In this document: piece by piece, positions 39,379 through 53,600 of the stretch
Layout of the letters: each line of letters begins with the position of its first letter
How positions within the stretch are numbered: the stretch's first letter is position 1
Source of the DNA: Gnetum montanum
Taxonomy: Eukaryota; Plantae; Gnetophyta
Length of the DNA: 64,000 nt
Reading direction: 5' to 3'
NCBI GenBank assembly: GCA_015680685.1
Contig: MNCI01003042.1
Coordinates: 13,179-77,178 of the forward strand
Notes under the pieces: generated by a model
The model's database searches: none
Seen by the model: only the letters and a program-made list of their open reading frames with translations
Told to the model about the DNA's origin: nothing
Position numbers and translations under genes: made by a program

Positions 39379-39515
39379 ACAATGAGTTATTAGCTTAACA
39401 GTAAGATTCTTGATTTGAAAGCTCCAAGTCATAGGTTCAATTTTGGTGGGCAATGCTAAATTATAAAGTTCTAACAAGACTATATATCTTAAAGTATACC
39501 TATATTACAATTATT
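39379..39515 (+). mobile_element. tRNA-derived SINE-like repeat, copy 1
   Basis: Degenerate A box (TAGCTTAACAG) and B box (GGTTCAATTT); homologous to the copies at 39650, 45334, 46474 and 58913. Confidence 0.65.
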
Positions 39516-39649
39516 GTATACCTCCCCACTCATACCTCTTGCCCTCTCCCCCACCAACCCTCCCACCCCATAGTAAGATCTTAAGTATATAGTATTATGA
39601 TTATAAAGCTATATAATAAGGTTCATCATCATCAAAATTGGACTAACCA

Positions 39650-39803
39650 ACAATGAGGTATTAGCCTAGTGTTAAAATTTTTGATTTAAAAGCTCCAAGT
39701 CATCAGTTTGATTTTGGTGAGTAATGTTGAGTTATAAAGTTTTAATTGAACTATATATCTTGGGCTGTACCTATGTTATAATTATTTTGAGATTCCAACA
39801 CAC
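39650..39803 (+). mobile_element. tRNA-derived SINE-like repeat, copy 2 (full ~155 bp)
   Basis: ACAATGAGGTATTAGCCTAGTG...AGTTTGATTTTGG...GTTATAAAGTT...CCAACACAC. Confidence 0.7.
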
Positions 39804-39989
39804 AAAATAGGGTTTTTTTATATGGTATAAACTTAATATATATCATTAATTATTATATAAGATTCTTATTATGAACTATAGTTATCATAATTATTATTTA
39901 AAGTAGAAGATGAGTTGGTTGGAAATCATGTCATCATCATTTAAACTTTCTCTTACAAATCAATGTGTTTCATGATGCTGACAAGAAGA

Positions 39990-41340
39990 AGAAAAAGAAA
40001 ATATACCAAATGAAAATCATATTAGAGGCTAAAGAAAAATATAAGAAGGTGGTACAAAACCAGTGGATTGCTAAAGGATATGCTAAGGACTTAGAGTAGA
40101 TATTAATAGAGGTAGCTAAATAGGTTACTAATGATTACAAGACTCACTCAAAAAAATTAGTTTGATCATGATTGTGTATAGGCTAGAAGGGACATTTTGA
40201 AGCTAATAGAAATTAAAGACAAAATCTGGTTAGGCTGTATAAAAGATTAATTGTGAAAAGAAAAGAATTTTTGTTTGAGAATAACATGAACATTTTGCAT
40301 ACATGATTTAAAATAAGCCTAAAATTTTTGAAAATAGTTTTAGTAAAAAGTGTCTCCATCACCTAATTTCTCTTTTCATGAAATTTATGCATTCTATAAT
40401 ACTATGTTTTTAGGCAAAGCTATTATTGTTTGCATTCTTGTCAAGATTTTATCTAATTTACTCTGAAGGAAGTAAAAAAAAGGCATTAATAGATTGACAA
40501 CTAGAAAAGTTGTTGATTGTAATGGCTTGTATGTTGAATTACTTAAATGGGTAGGGACTTCTCTTCATAAAGAAATTTGTCAACTAAACTTAGTTATGAA
40601 GAATAGCTTGAATCAACAATGGAAAGTCAACAAGGTTGTACTTTTATATAAAAAAGGTGATAAAAATAATTTGAACAATTATCGAATGATAGTTATATTT
40701 AATATCATTGCTAACCTATTAGGCACTATTCTTCCAAAAAGACTTAGCATTTAGGCAGAAGATAATAACATAAGATCAATGTGTTAAGCTAATTTCAAGC
40801 AAAACTATTTCACAATTAACCATTTACTTACACTTAGCTATTGTATGAAAGCCACAAAAAAGCCTAATAAAAAATTATTTATTTGCTTTTTTGATCCATA
40901 AAACTTTGCTAAATAGTTTAGGCATCTCTATCGAATTAATGGTAGCAATACAAAAGTTATATAAAGAAATCATCATTGAGCTTAATGACAAGGATTCATA
41001 GGAAATTTTTAAGTTTCAAAACAATATTAAAGTAAAGTAAGTTTGGCACTTATTCCCAACTCTTTTTGGCCTCTTTATTGATAAGTTACAAGTTTGGATT
41101 TGTATAGGCAATCATAAGCATGCTATCAAGATTGGATCCCATGTAGTGAACCTACTTCTTTATGCAGATGATGTAGCTTTAATTTCTACTTCTAGGAAAG
41201 GTATGCAAAATATATTGCAAAGTCTGAAAAATTTTGGTTTTTATTTTGGCCTTTAAGTCAATGTGAAAAAAAAAACAAAAATGATGATATGAGGTACAAG
41301 AAATACATCTTTTAATTTTAATTTTGGAACTATAAGAAAT
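39990..41340 (+). mobile_element. Truncated RTE-X-like LINE, copy a (linker and RT)
   Basis: GLYVELLKW, LLYKKGDKNNLNNYRMI and LLLYADDVALIS (YADD 41161-41172). Paralogous to 43200-44580. Confidence 0.8.
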
Positions 41341-41349
41341 ACATATTTT

Positions 41350-44300
41350 AATTTTAATTTTAGTTGTGTGGGTTTCAGTGGTGAGGGTTTTGGCTTTGAT
41401 TTGCAACAACAAGGAGTTTTGCAATGAGGGTTTTAACATTGAACATCAATTTGATTTGAGATAGTAGGAAGGGAAGTTATAGGAAGTCTAGATAGATTAA
41501 TATTTTATAAGTATAGATTTGTTGCTAAAGAGATTGAGTCATCTACCAAAGAAATTTGAAAATTTTATCATGGCATCATCATAGGGGGTACACAAAAAAT
41601 TTCTTTAAATACCACTATTGTAAAAGAAATTGCAATTGCACAAAGGGAGTATATGGTTAGAAAAATGGCATTGTTGGATGAAATCCATGAACAAAATAAA
41701 GAAATTCTTTGAAAGGTATCAACCCTCAAAGAGAAGATGGAGGAAAAAAAGAAGACTAGTATGGATCCTAAAAATAATGAAAAAAGTTTGCTAAAATTAG
41801 CAAAACTTGAAGTCATGGTGGAGGAAAATAAAAATGAATCTAATCTTGAAGGAACAGAGACAAAGACAAAATCTACAATTGTAAAAGCCTTGAAGGAGAA
41901 AGATAAAAAAAGGGAAAAATGAAAAAAATTACATTTTGTAGATATCTCAGAGAGACAAAAGGTGAAAGAGATGAAACTTTATTTAAGAAAGTTGGAAAGC
42001 TTATAGATGATATGCATATAACTTCTCCAAAAATTCATAAAGCTTTTAAGGTTCCAAGTGAATGACGTAAAAAGCCTTGACATGTAATTGTTAAGTTTCA
42101 TGATGTAGAAGATAGAGTGCATGTTGGAAGACACCAACACCATATGAACAAAACTAAGAATGGGAAAAGCATTTAGATAAATGAGTACTTACTCGAAAGG
42201 AACTTGTAGAAAGAGCTTAACAATGAAAAAGGATTAACGCGACTTATGAACAAGGTTTGGTAACATACTTAAATGCTAGGAATGTTGCGATCATTACAAA
42301 TAAGCAGTATTCCAAAAATTATTTTAAAAATATATAGACCCTTTAAAATGTGAATTTATTAACATTGATGGTGGAATTGCAAATAAAGGTGTTTCTTTGA
42401 CTAATATTAGCTTCGTTGATAGCTTTGGTATTTTTGGTTTTGTTGAAACTTAGGAAGATGTTGGTTTTGTTGAAACTTAGGAAGATGTTGGTTTTGTAGA
42501 TTTTATAGTTACTGGATTTATTAAATTTGTTGCAAGGAAGACAAGAGTAGGGCAAAGAGGCAGACCTTATAGGAGCATTGCAGTGTTAGTGAGAAAATAT
42601 TTTCAAATTTGTGCTCTTTTAGAAAGAATTAATAATCATAAACAATATGTTTGACTAAAAATCTTATGCCAGCATGGTTGTCCATTTCTTGTCATATGTT
42701 ATTTTTCTTATAGAGATGCTACATTATATAATTCTATTGAGCTTTCTCGTGATCATCCTTTTCAGTTCTTAGTAGAGATCTTGTAGAATTTACAACAAAA
42801 GCCTAGGCATTTATTTATAGAGATTCTAATGCAAGGATAGGTTCAAAGTAAATAAAAATTATTCAATGCCAAGATAATGTTGGCAATTTGGATATTGTTA
42901 AAGATGACAATTGAACCTAACATTTTGTAGATGCCACTATTAATAATATGAATTAATAATTATTAGAATGAATAAAAATTTGTTATCTTCTTATTGATAA
43001 TGAAATTGCTAGATTGCCTCAATCTTCATCATTTACTTTCACAAGACCTCAAAGTAACTCTTATATTGATATGCTTTTATGTTCTTATGAAGATATTGAT
43101 TTTATTAAGGAGTTGAAAGTTGGAGAAGATTTAGTCGAGTCTTGTCATCATGATGTTGAGTTTTTGTTGCAAATTTTAATTGTTTCCTAGACAACAAAAA
43201 ATTAAGAATAGAAAAAAATATTAGTGCAAACTCACTCTAGTAGTCAAGAAAAAAATATATGAATGTGGCATATAACAAATAGGCTTTTGAAAGATGACAT
43301 AAAGAGCTTGAACAAATTTTTCTTGCAACAACTAAGCAAGTTATGTATTCAGAACAACAAGGTGTTTAAAAGATTTAGTTTGATAAGGACTACATGCAAG
43401 CTAGCAAAATATTAAGAATGTAAACAAGAGTCACATACAAATTTTAGTTAAGGCATATAAATGCTTGATTTGAACGCAGAGAAAGAAACTTATTAGGGAA
43501 CAACAAGAATATTTTGCTTATATAATTAAAAAGAAAGCTAGATAGTTTTAACAATGTTTTCATCATAAAGCCTCTTCATCATTTAAGTTTTCTTTTGAGG
43601 ATATTTGCTCATTTTACAATAAGCTTTTTACAAGATATGATGATAATTATACTACTATTGTACAACAAGCACATCTCCAATTTACTCTTGAGAAAGTCAT
43701 ACAGGGTGTTAAAACGTTAGCATTTGACAAAGCTCTTGATTCAAATGATTTATATGCAAAATTATTAAAGTGAGCAAGATTTGATATTCATAGAAAAATT
43801 TGGCACAAATTAAGTTTAGAAATGTAGTAAGGATTAAATAAAAATTAGAAAACTATTAAAGCTATATTGTTATATAAAAAGGGGAATAAGAATAATCTGA
43901 ACAATTATCAAATGATTATTATGAATAATATTTTTGCTAAGTTGTTGTGCACTCTACTAGAAAAAAGAATCAGTTCTTCAACTAAAGGTAACTAAGTCAA
44001 GACAATATGTCAAGTAGGTTTTAGAAAAAATCACTCTAACATTGATCACTTAGTTACTCTTAAACACTGCATGAAGATTGCAAAAATTCATAACAAAAAA
44101 GTTTTTATTTTTTTTAATCACTTTGGCAAAAGCATATGATTCAATGATTCATACAAAACTATGGTTACGCTTACATAAAATTGGCCTCCCTTCAGATTTG
44201 ATTACAACAACTAAACAATTGTATGAAGAAGTGATTATTGAAATTATAGACAACAATTTAGAGAAAAATTTTCAATTCCAAAGCAAAACTAGAGTTAAGT

Positions 44301-44841
44301 AAGATTGTCCACTTTCTCTAAATCTTTTTGGTATCTTTATTGATGAAATGCAAGAATGGTTGTGGAATGGACAAGATAATCATGCTATCAAAATTAGATC
44401 ACAAGAAGTGAATCTTCTTTTATATGTACATGATGTTGCCTTGATTTCCACTATTGCAGAATGTATGTAAAATATGTTACAAATTTTAGAAAATTATTAT
44501 CGTTCATCCAATCTTTAAGTGTATGTAGATAAAACCAAACTCATGATTTGGGGTACAAGAAATAACTATTATAACTTTCATTTTGGAAGTACCAATGTTC
44601 AAATAGTAAATTCTTTTAAATATTTAGGTCTCATATATATTAGCACTTACATGTGAGGAAAGTGCATTAAAGAAAAAATAGCATGAGGTTTCAAGGCTTT
44701 GTATACATTCAAAAATGTATAAAGATTTAGGCCTTTGGGCTTGTAAGCTTAGAAAACAAATTTTTGAAACTATCATCTATCCTGTCATATTATATGGATG
44801 TGTTGTTTGGGGATGCAATGGTTAAGAAAATGGAATATCTC
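41350..44841 (+). mobile_element. RTE-X-like LINE, copy b (ORF1, APE endonuclease, RT), decayed
   Basis: ORF1 has a coiled coil plus K.R.VIVKF and I.INE.LT motifs at 41520-42330. Endonuclease GDFNARIG-like motif about 42815 and S.ID motif about 43060. RT motifs AKAYD, CPLS..LF..FID and degenerate YADD at 44423. Confidence 0.8.
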
Positions 44842-45305
44842 TAATGAGTGGCGAGGTACCCCTACACTCAACCATACGAATATGAGTGTTACAAGCGCGA
44901 TCCGGTCGAACTCCGCAAACTAAGTGCCTGCACGCCTTATGGAACACCTAAGGTTAATCATTCGTTGTCTTCCCAGACTCACTTGTATTTGTCACGGTTG
45001 TATGGTTAAGTAAGTCTGAGGTATGTGATTTTTATATCTTTTATGTTTTATCTCCTATGCTAATGAGGTAAAGGGTGAAGAGACTAAGTAACTAACTTTA
45101 ACTAACTAAGTTCTAATGCCTAGCATCAGTATCCGTTCCCACTTACCATTCACACCTTGAACCAATGCAACCTTCTGGGATTACCAAACACTATTCGTTG
45201 CTGGGATTACCAAGCGTAACGCACGTGCTCGAAGCGGTCGTACTGAATGCACTTAACTATGGGAGACGGGTTGAGAGAGATTTAATTGACTAATAAAGAA
45301 AAATG
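44842..45305 (-). repeat. Element G: truncated Athila-family LTR (U5 end only)
   Basis: TAATGAGTGGCGAGGTACCCCTACACTCAACC matches the family LTR terminus. Two GGATTACCAA repeats. Confidence 0.85.
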
Positions 45306-45333
45306 TTTATAACTCAACTTTATAGCCCACAGA

Positions 45334-45420
45334 CAACTTTATAACTCAACCTTGTCCACCAGAATCAAACCCATGACTTAGAGTTTTTAAATCAAGTCTT
45401 CTAAGTTAACACCTCATTGT
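45334..45420 (-). mobile_element. tRNA-derived SINE-like repeat, copy 3 (partial)
   Basis: Reverse complement reads ACAATGAGGTGTTAACTTAG...GTCATGGGTTTGATTCTGGTGG...GTTATAAAGTT. Confidence 0.7.
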
Positions 45421-45424
45421 TCAA

Positions 45425-46290
45425 AGTTTGAAAACAAATATTTTAGGTTGTTATTTATCCTACTGTGTCATATGGATGTATTGTATCAAAGCCATGATTT
45501 AGTGCAAAATATTGGCAAGCTATTAAAAGAGTGCAAAAAAATGTTTCTATTAGATGAATTAAAGGTAACAATACAAACACTTTATCATATGCTACTTGTA
45601 GAATGTGATTTACTCCCATTAGAAGTTGAAGCTCTTTTTCAGTTCATCAGCTATATTTATAGTCTACTAGAAATTGAGTGAGGCAAATTTTCCAAAGTAG
45701 TCCTTGAAGATAAAAAATAATAAGGATGGTATTTTTAGGAAATACAATGACTGAAAAATGGAATCTCTTGTTGGAAGTAGTACAACATAATCCTAAACAT
45801 ATATGTAAGTTAGTTAAATAGAAAGTGTTGAGAAAAATATGGTCATATGTGGAAAGAAAGAAAAAATTTTACTTGGAGTACATTAGAGGTAATCAACTTG
45901 ATTCAAAAGATTCCTATCTTATAGCTAACATTCCAATCAAATCTTGTAGATTAATCAACAAGTTTCATTTGAGTTCACATCAACTCATGATAAAAAGGGG
46001 AAAATGGATTAATTTTCCTAGTGAAGAACATACATGTCGAATTTGTAGATCAACAACTCTTGAAGATAAGCACCATGCCTTTCTTATTTTTCCTATAATT
46101 GATCATCTCCACCAAAAATATAATATTGTAGCAAAATGTTTGTATGACTTGTTCCTATTAAATCTAGTGGTGCTTAGCCACTTTATGAAATTTATTTTTA
46201 TTTTCCATGAGATAAATGTATTGTCTATCCAATAGATGATTTTTAGTCTACATGCATAATAAAATCTTTAGTTTCATTATAATTACTACT
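45425..46290 (+). mobile_element. RTE-X-like LINE 3' end, copy c, with C-terminal Zn-finger-like domain
   Basis: ORF 45825-46235 contains LSSHQLMIKRGKW...C..C...ED.HH. AATAAA at about 46258 and an ATT-like tail. 45430-45495 re-covers sequence homologous to 44752-44820. Confidence 0.75.
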
Positions 46291-46473
46291 ATCTTATGCT
46301 ATATAAGATAAGTAGTATTTATCAACATTATATAAGCTTATAAAGCTTATGGAACCTTAACTTACATACGTTAGTAGAATCTAATACTGTTATACAAGTT
46401 TATAATACTCTTAGATTATTATTTAGTGCATTCAATTAAGGTATGACTAGAACTTATAATAATTATAACATAA

Positions 46474-46586
46474 CTATGAGATGTTAGTTTAGTGGTAGGA
46501 CTCTTGATTTGGAAACTCCAAATTATGGGTTCAATTTTGGTAGGTAATCTTGAGTTATAAAGTTCTAATTTTAATATATATCTTGG
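46474..46586 (+). mobile_element. tRNA-derived SINE-like repeat, copy 4
   Basis: TAGTTTAGTGGTAGGACTCTTGATTTGG...GGGTTCAATTTTGG (A and B boxes). Confidence 0.7.
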
Positions 46587-48659
46587 TGGTAGATATTGTT
46601 TAAAAAAATTTGAGTTCTCGCATCCTCCTATAATAATTATATCATTATTAATAAATATCTAAAATATTTTGATAACTAAATATTAGTACCTCAATATTTT
46701 AATAAAATCCTTTATTGCTCATCAAGTGTGTCTCCTCTAATGATTGAACTTTAACTAACCAAAAGAAATTAAAATACCAAAAACCTCACAATTACCTTAA
46801 CCACATCCTAAAAATTCTATTGTAAATTTAAAAGCAAGCCAAAATTATTTAGTAAATTTTATTTTTAACCTCTAATATACAAATTTATATTTTTCTTAAT
46901 AGTCAAAGAAAGTAGTTTGATACACTCTTGAAAAAACTACTTATTATAAATAAAACTTAAAATTTTTCTTTATTGTGTTTAAAACTTCATAAATCTATTA
47001 AACGAGCTTAGTTTCAACCATTTTTGTTGCATAGTGCCTAGATATCTTAATATGAGTCCCATTTGATTATGATGTGATGTGTTAAATCTAGGTTGTCTTA
47101 TAGAATTGTAGAAAGGTGTATGAGACAAACTAGATTATAAAATACCAAACTTCAAATTTTATGCGATTCCTAAGATGAAATTATAATTCTCTTACCTTCA
47201 AAATTAGTAGAGTAAATTCATCTTTTTTTGATCATTGGATCATAACAATTGTTCCTTTTGGAAGAACTATAAAACTTACACTTAACTTACTTACCTTGGA
47301 CTAAACTTTGATTGGACTTTTTACCACTCAAAGAGTCGCAACTTACTCTTTATAACCTTTGATTGGTTACAATATCAAATCATTTTTTATGTAGCTCATA
47401 ATGATGTGGAACAATGTTTTTTTTTTTTTCCTTACTTAAAACATTGTAGAATAGAGTTTTAAGCCTTTCATACATCCATGTAAATGCTGACTTACCACAA
47501 GGTGACATGGCGAAATTGAATTTAGTCTTGTCCCCATAATGGATTTTTGGTCCTATGAGCTCCACAATAAAAGCCAATGTTCTTTGATTCTAAGCTTCTA
47601 TTTCTATAAATTGCCTTAATACATAAGCTTTAAATGCATTTTTTTGATGTGGCAATCCTTAAAATTGGATTATAAATCTACAAGTTCTTTTCTTAAAAGT
47701 TGATTAAGATGTAATTATTTCTAACTATTAGCCTAATTTTGTCATCTTAAATCCAATGTGGCAAAAGGGGCATCTTGTAGAACCAAAATAGTTAAAATCA
47801 AAATTTAGTTCTACAAACCAATTCTACATAACTTGAACCAATGGACCTATCAAGAAATAAATACGCTTGACTAATTAACAATCTTTGAGATCCATTAATA
47901 GTAAAATTGTCATAGTTGTGAATCGATCTTAGAACCTTAGTTTGATTAAACAAACTCTTTTATTAATCCCTAGGTATTTTCACAAACAATTTCCATTGCA
48001 AACTTCATTTTTCTTCCAAGGCTTTCTAAGTTGCACATTCGCATTCTCATAAAACAAATCTATGAGCAATAATTTAACACAAATGTGCAAACTTCCTTAG
48101 CAAGCTCTTTTAGAATATTATTATGTTTGCTTGGCAAGAAAGATTCATCAATTTCCATCATACTTATTCTTTTCTTAGAAAATCTTCTATTCACTTGGAG
48201 AAATTTATAAATAGTTCTCCAAATAAGCTTAACACTTTGAATGTTTGTTGTTCCATGTCATGGCTAAGGCTTGACAACACTTTATTTGGTACTATGATGT
48301 TGGCAATAATATTGCCTTAATGAAATTCCTAAGACTAAATATTCATGAGTCTTGATCCATTAACATCCCAGTTTGCTCATTCACCTACACTTTCAATTAT
48401 TTGATATCACTCTCAAGGTCTTTGTACCACACTTGTAGTACTACTTGAGGCAATATCATTCAAGTCCTCATCTTTTGTGTTACATTCTCCTTTTTAATCT
48501 AATGGTGTTGTAGTTGATACTTCATTCATCTATTGATCTCCTCTTGACTTTGTATATTGTTTTGATATCAAAATGGATGGATCAATATTAATATTGTTAT
48601 TATTAATATTATGTTCATTATCAACATTTGGATGAGAAGACTCTTCTCCCCCTTTTATC

Positions 48660-48880
48660 ATTTAGGAGTTGCTCTTCATGGAATGTTATGTCTCTAGGCA
48701 CAACCAGTTTTTGCATATTCTTGATCCCATATATGATATCTTTTTAGTATGGATACCATATCCTATAAAACACCCTTATTGAGCTTTTTGATCTTCTTTG
48801 GTTTATGTTGGCACATCAAAATAAACTCTACATTCAAAAATTCATAAATGGCTAAAAACTAACTTAAATTTTGTAGTTGT
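48660..48880 (-). pseudogene. Ty1/copia integrase C-terminal (SH3-like) remnant; the element probably extends further in 46700-49300
   Basis: Minus-strand translation HL*IFECRVYFDVP...GCFIGYG...IWD...VVPRDITFHEE. Confidence 0.65.
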
Positions 48881-50664
48881 TCTTTTACATGGAAATTTCA
48901 ATTTTGTTTGTTTTCCCAATGCACAAGATTTACAAAACATTCTTGAGTTTAAACTTAATTATGACATTCCATGTAATGATCATAAGATTTTGTGCATATA
49001 TTCCTTGGTCATATGTCTTAATCTTGCATGCCGCAATCTATCTTCCTAGAGTTTATAGGTAGTAACATGCCGCAATCTATCTTCCTAGAGTTTATAGGTA
49101 GTAACATGTGTAATTTAAATACTTCATTTGTTTCAACTAACATCTTTGGAGAATTTTTTTCCAAAATTGTACATTTCACTTTCTTAAAAAATTTCATAAC
49201 TCTACATTGAAAAGAAAATTAGGTCTCTTTAATGCTAAAGTATTATATACATTCTTATTTTACCATAGTTGATCAACAACTTTTGTAGTGATATCTCTTA
49301 CACCTTTATATTTGCAAACTACTCTTGTAGAGGTCACACCTTAATGATAAGAGACTTAACATGCAAAATCCAGGTCATAAATTTGATTCCAATGGATAGT
49401 GTTGCTTTATGCAATAAAAACTAAAAAAAAATCAACTAGTTAAGATCTTAATAAACAATTTAGTTTCAATATTGTCCTAAGCTAAATGTTTAATTTTATA
49501 AACCTATGAAAACCAAATATAGATGTGGGCATTGCCAATTAACTTCTATTTTACAAAGCATTTGTACCTTCATAGGAATAATGACTCAATAGCTTACCTA
49601 ACATTAATAATAATTCAATAGCATACCTTACTTACCTTTATAGGAATAATGACTCTATAGCTTACCTAGCATTAATAATAACTCAATAGCCTACCTTAAA
49701 CCCTGTTGCACACATATTAGCTGACATGATGAAGAAATATGGCAGCCCTTCTTCCGTACCAATCTTTGAAGCTGTAAAAAATTCAGTTGCTCTTTTGCTT
49801 TTGAATATTTTCTTAGCACAAACTGTAGAATTTGAAGATACTAAAATCCTAGTCCTATAGTAATACTTCATTGACTTTTTGAGACATTGAAAAAATAAGG
49901 ACATTTACATTGTCCAATAAACCAAAAATACCAGTCAACAAAGTCCAGAGTCCTAGTATTTAATTCAGTACCCGGATGCATGAAAAACAATGCCTATTCA
50001 AGAGGCATTCAGTATGAGAATGGCATTAAAAGTTCCGTCGGCTGTCTAATGCATCCTCTCTTCAATCTCAAATGATGAACTTCGAAATTTACTGATGCAT
50101 ATTTTGGAGCAAATTTCTTAAAGTTACAGGAAAATCTCATTTTTAAATTTTATCAGTAAGTACACAAAGATTTGATAAAAGCTTCGCGGTAACATTCCAC
50201 ATCACCCCGACAGTTAGGTAATAAAGACATCCATTTTGAGTAGGCTCATTGGCACCTCATATAGGGCAAGCTTAATTGCAAAATGCTCAAAACACAAATG
50301 CCAACCCAAAGAAAAGTTATGATTCTCGGTAACAAGAACTTTGTCAGAGACCCAAAAAAAAGGTAAAAACAAAAGAAGCCAATCGAGATGCTCCATACAG
50401 AAACAATTTCCTTTGCACATAAAATAGACATGATAAATTTCTCTCATTCTACATCTGCCACTTTAAAAAATTTAGAGAACGACATCCCATTGAAGGACCG
50501 GAGAGAGCTCCAATGAAAGAATCTATACATTACATTGAATCTTGAAGATATGAAGAGGACATCAGTACTTCCCAGGACTGCTCATAAATCTCAACTAAAT
50601 CTACAATTTAACATCCCCACCTGTGTTCCAGAGCAAACACAACACTGCCTTCGGGAAACGCTAA

Positions 50665-53600
50665 CTACTTTAGAGGAGAAGGCCAACCATAATTCTGAAA
50701 TGTTCGCAACTTCCCATCATGTCCTGCTGTTACAAACACTAAACCCCATGCTGGAGACTGATCTTGATGGATGGAGTCATTATCAGTTCCGTATGGACCT
50801 GCATGGGGAACAACTTGACTTTGAATACCAACAGAAGGAAGCTTCTCCTCAGGCCAAGTTGCTGAACCTTTGGATAAACTATCAGCCAAGATTCCATGGT
50901 TTGAACTTGACTGTTGGAGAGGACTTGGAGCAATGGATGATGCTGTTGAATTTCCCCCATGAGGTGGCCCTGATACAGAATCCAAAATCATGGAGCCATA
51001 GCCAGAAAAGCTGTGCCTTTCTGTTAGTAGTGGTAAAGAATTGGGGATCACTTCCAACGCTGCAATCTCTTTCCTAACTTTTCCTCTCTTACTATGATCG
51101 CCATTGTTAGAATCACCATCCTGCAAATGCCCTATTAGGGGAAATGAACTACTCTTTCGCCCAGCAGCTATCCCTCGAAGCAAAAGGTCATCTTGGTGGA
51201 CATAATTTTGTTGAGGTTTCAACCCAAGCCAAGGCACTACCGTATACAAATGTCGTGAAACAAAGTACTCATAAGCCTGACAAACACCTTGATTTTTGGC
51301 AGCAGGTGTATCCCGACAGTCATAGTTCCAAATATAAACATATGAATTTTCACTCGCAGATATTACATACTTGCCATTTCCTGTGAATGAAGCACTAATT
51401 TGACTGCTCAAATTTTTTAAGCCTGGAAAGTGTGACAATAAACAAATTAAACATCTTCAAACAGCTCTGATGCCTGACCCCTCAACCTTATCTAAAAATC
51501 ATATGCTCAAGAATATAAAACCTATCAATGTGTGATACCTAAAATATCAGCAGTCAATAATTGTTTGCTACCAGCATTACATGTAAAGCCAGGCACTGTT
51601 ATAAGCCTAGGTCTTAATTGAACCAACTAAATTTTTTTTAATTATTTGAAAAGATAAATCAAAACAACAAAAACATATAAACAAAAACCAAAGATCAAAA
51701 ATGTCTCTAAAATTCAGTTATCATTCCTTAGATTTATTTCCATAACTAAGCAGAAAACATTAGTTGCCTAAGATAATTCTGTGGAGATCATCAGCCACTC
51801 CTAAAATCCCCAATTATTATTAGATAGGCAAGGAAGTAAGCTTCACACAAAAACTGAATCCATTTAAATTTCTTTTCAAAAGAAAAAGGCTAAAAATGCT
51901 CATCCTGCCAAGGCAGGGTCTTGGGAGGGCCATGGATGAGCAAATGCCTAACCTCTTTCTAGTGGCTTCACCCAAGCTCAAACCTAAGTCTTATGACTTG
52001 AGAAACAAGCACCTTACCATCACTCCAAGTGATGGTCCCCATAGATTCAATGATACTGTATTCCAAAATCTTATAAATAAAACTTTTTATTGAAAACAAA
52101 AACCTATAAACGTTATTATTAAACATATAAATTTTAACTACCAAAAGAAAAAATCGCTTGCTAATAACAAGAACTGTGGGATGGTTAAAAAAAATACCTT
52201 TATACTTCTTAACAAGGGAGGAACCATCAAAAACACGAATTCGGGAGTCTGCGGATGATATCAGTACTTTCTGAGAGCTTCCTGAAGAAAACTGACAATA
52301 TAAAATAGACAGTGTAAATGAAGAATGTTTCAAAGAATACCATACCAATAAAATTAGTCCAAAGGTGACCAATTCCAAGCCATTATTAGAATTTTACCTG
52401 AAATCCTGTGATTTTCTTCCCACGAGCCTTTTGCCTCTTGTTCTGTACATTGATTTGAGTTTCCTCTTGCAACTTATTGCCTGTGAGAGTAATGCTACAT
52501 AGTATAAGTAATATAATCTTTAATAACAAAGTTCAAAGCTGACTGGATTTAAATACAAATAGAATCAGAGCAGACTTAATCTTAAATTTACGTCACAAAT
52601 ATGAAGCAGATAAGCAAAAATTTCGTGTGCCATTCCAGAGACATTTGATTGCGACCACAGATACTTATAATTTGGTTTGCATTGATAATTGTAGTTTGGT
52701 TTCTTCTTATACAATGTTCATTGTCCACACAAAATAATGATTGTTGCAAAGATTTTACCAATCATTGCATAACATACAAAACTCAACAGATTTTTATTAC
52801 GGTCAATTTCTTACTCTCCTGCTTGCACTTTAGCAGGAACATCAAAAATGTTAAGACATCCTGGCAAACATCAACTCATTATTATTCTAAAAGTTTACTA
52901 GATTGAATCCTAAGATTAACATCGATGCAGATATGCACCAAAATGAAATATAAACCAACTTAATGGATAAATTACAAAGTAATGATTAGTCTGATTTCAG
53001 ATATGAGTAAACATTTTAAAATATTGATATTAACTTCTTAAACAAATGATCAACATTAAATATTATAGGATGTTTTGTGGAGAAACAATTCATCTAATAT
53101 TAAATACATATAAAACGTTAATACAATTTAAAAATCAGTATTTCTTGCGGAGTTGATTGTAACCTGGCCCTTCTTTAATAACTTCTAATATAAGCTAGAG
53201 AATGACAAAACATGCTTTTAACACAAAGGTATCTCTATGCCAAAATTATGTTGATCTTTTCTTCTATTTTCATTTTTTAACCAAATTATTCTATCATGCA
53301 TGGATTTTTATTTCAACCACTTTTTAAGAAATACCCTTCTAGTCATTTAACAAAAATAACTAAAATTGCACATGAAAAATTACTAACATGCAATGCACAA
53401 ATGACTTTAAAGTTATTAATCCTCTAGAAAATTTATCATTTATGTTTTGATACCTAATTTCACATTTTGAATCCAATGCTTAATCTGGAAAGTTTTCAGT
53501 AGCTGCAATTCAAAATGCCCATCTTAGTTTTTGAAAGAAAAATGTTTCTGCACCAATGACTCCAATGAACACAAAATGAAAGTACAAGATCAAATATAAC

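Noticed and set aside
46474-46560. Functional tRNA gene
   Set aside because: Acceptor and anticodon stems do not pair properly, and all copies share a downstream non-tRNA body, so they are treated as SINE-like.
49027-49700. 39-bp and ~60-bp tandem duplications
   Set aside because: Real but ordinary local slippage duplications with no sign of function.
51968-52378. 136-aa ORF as a separate gene
   Set aside because: Only 52198-52291 is coding (WD40 exon 6); the rest is intron read-through.
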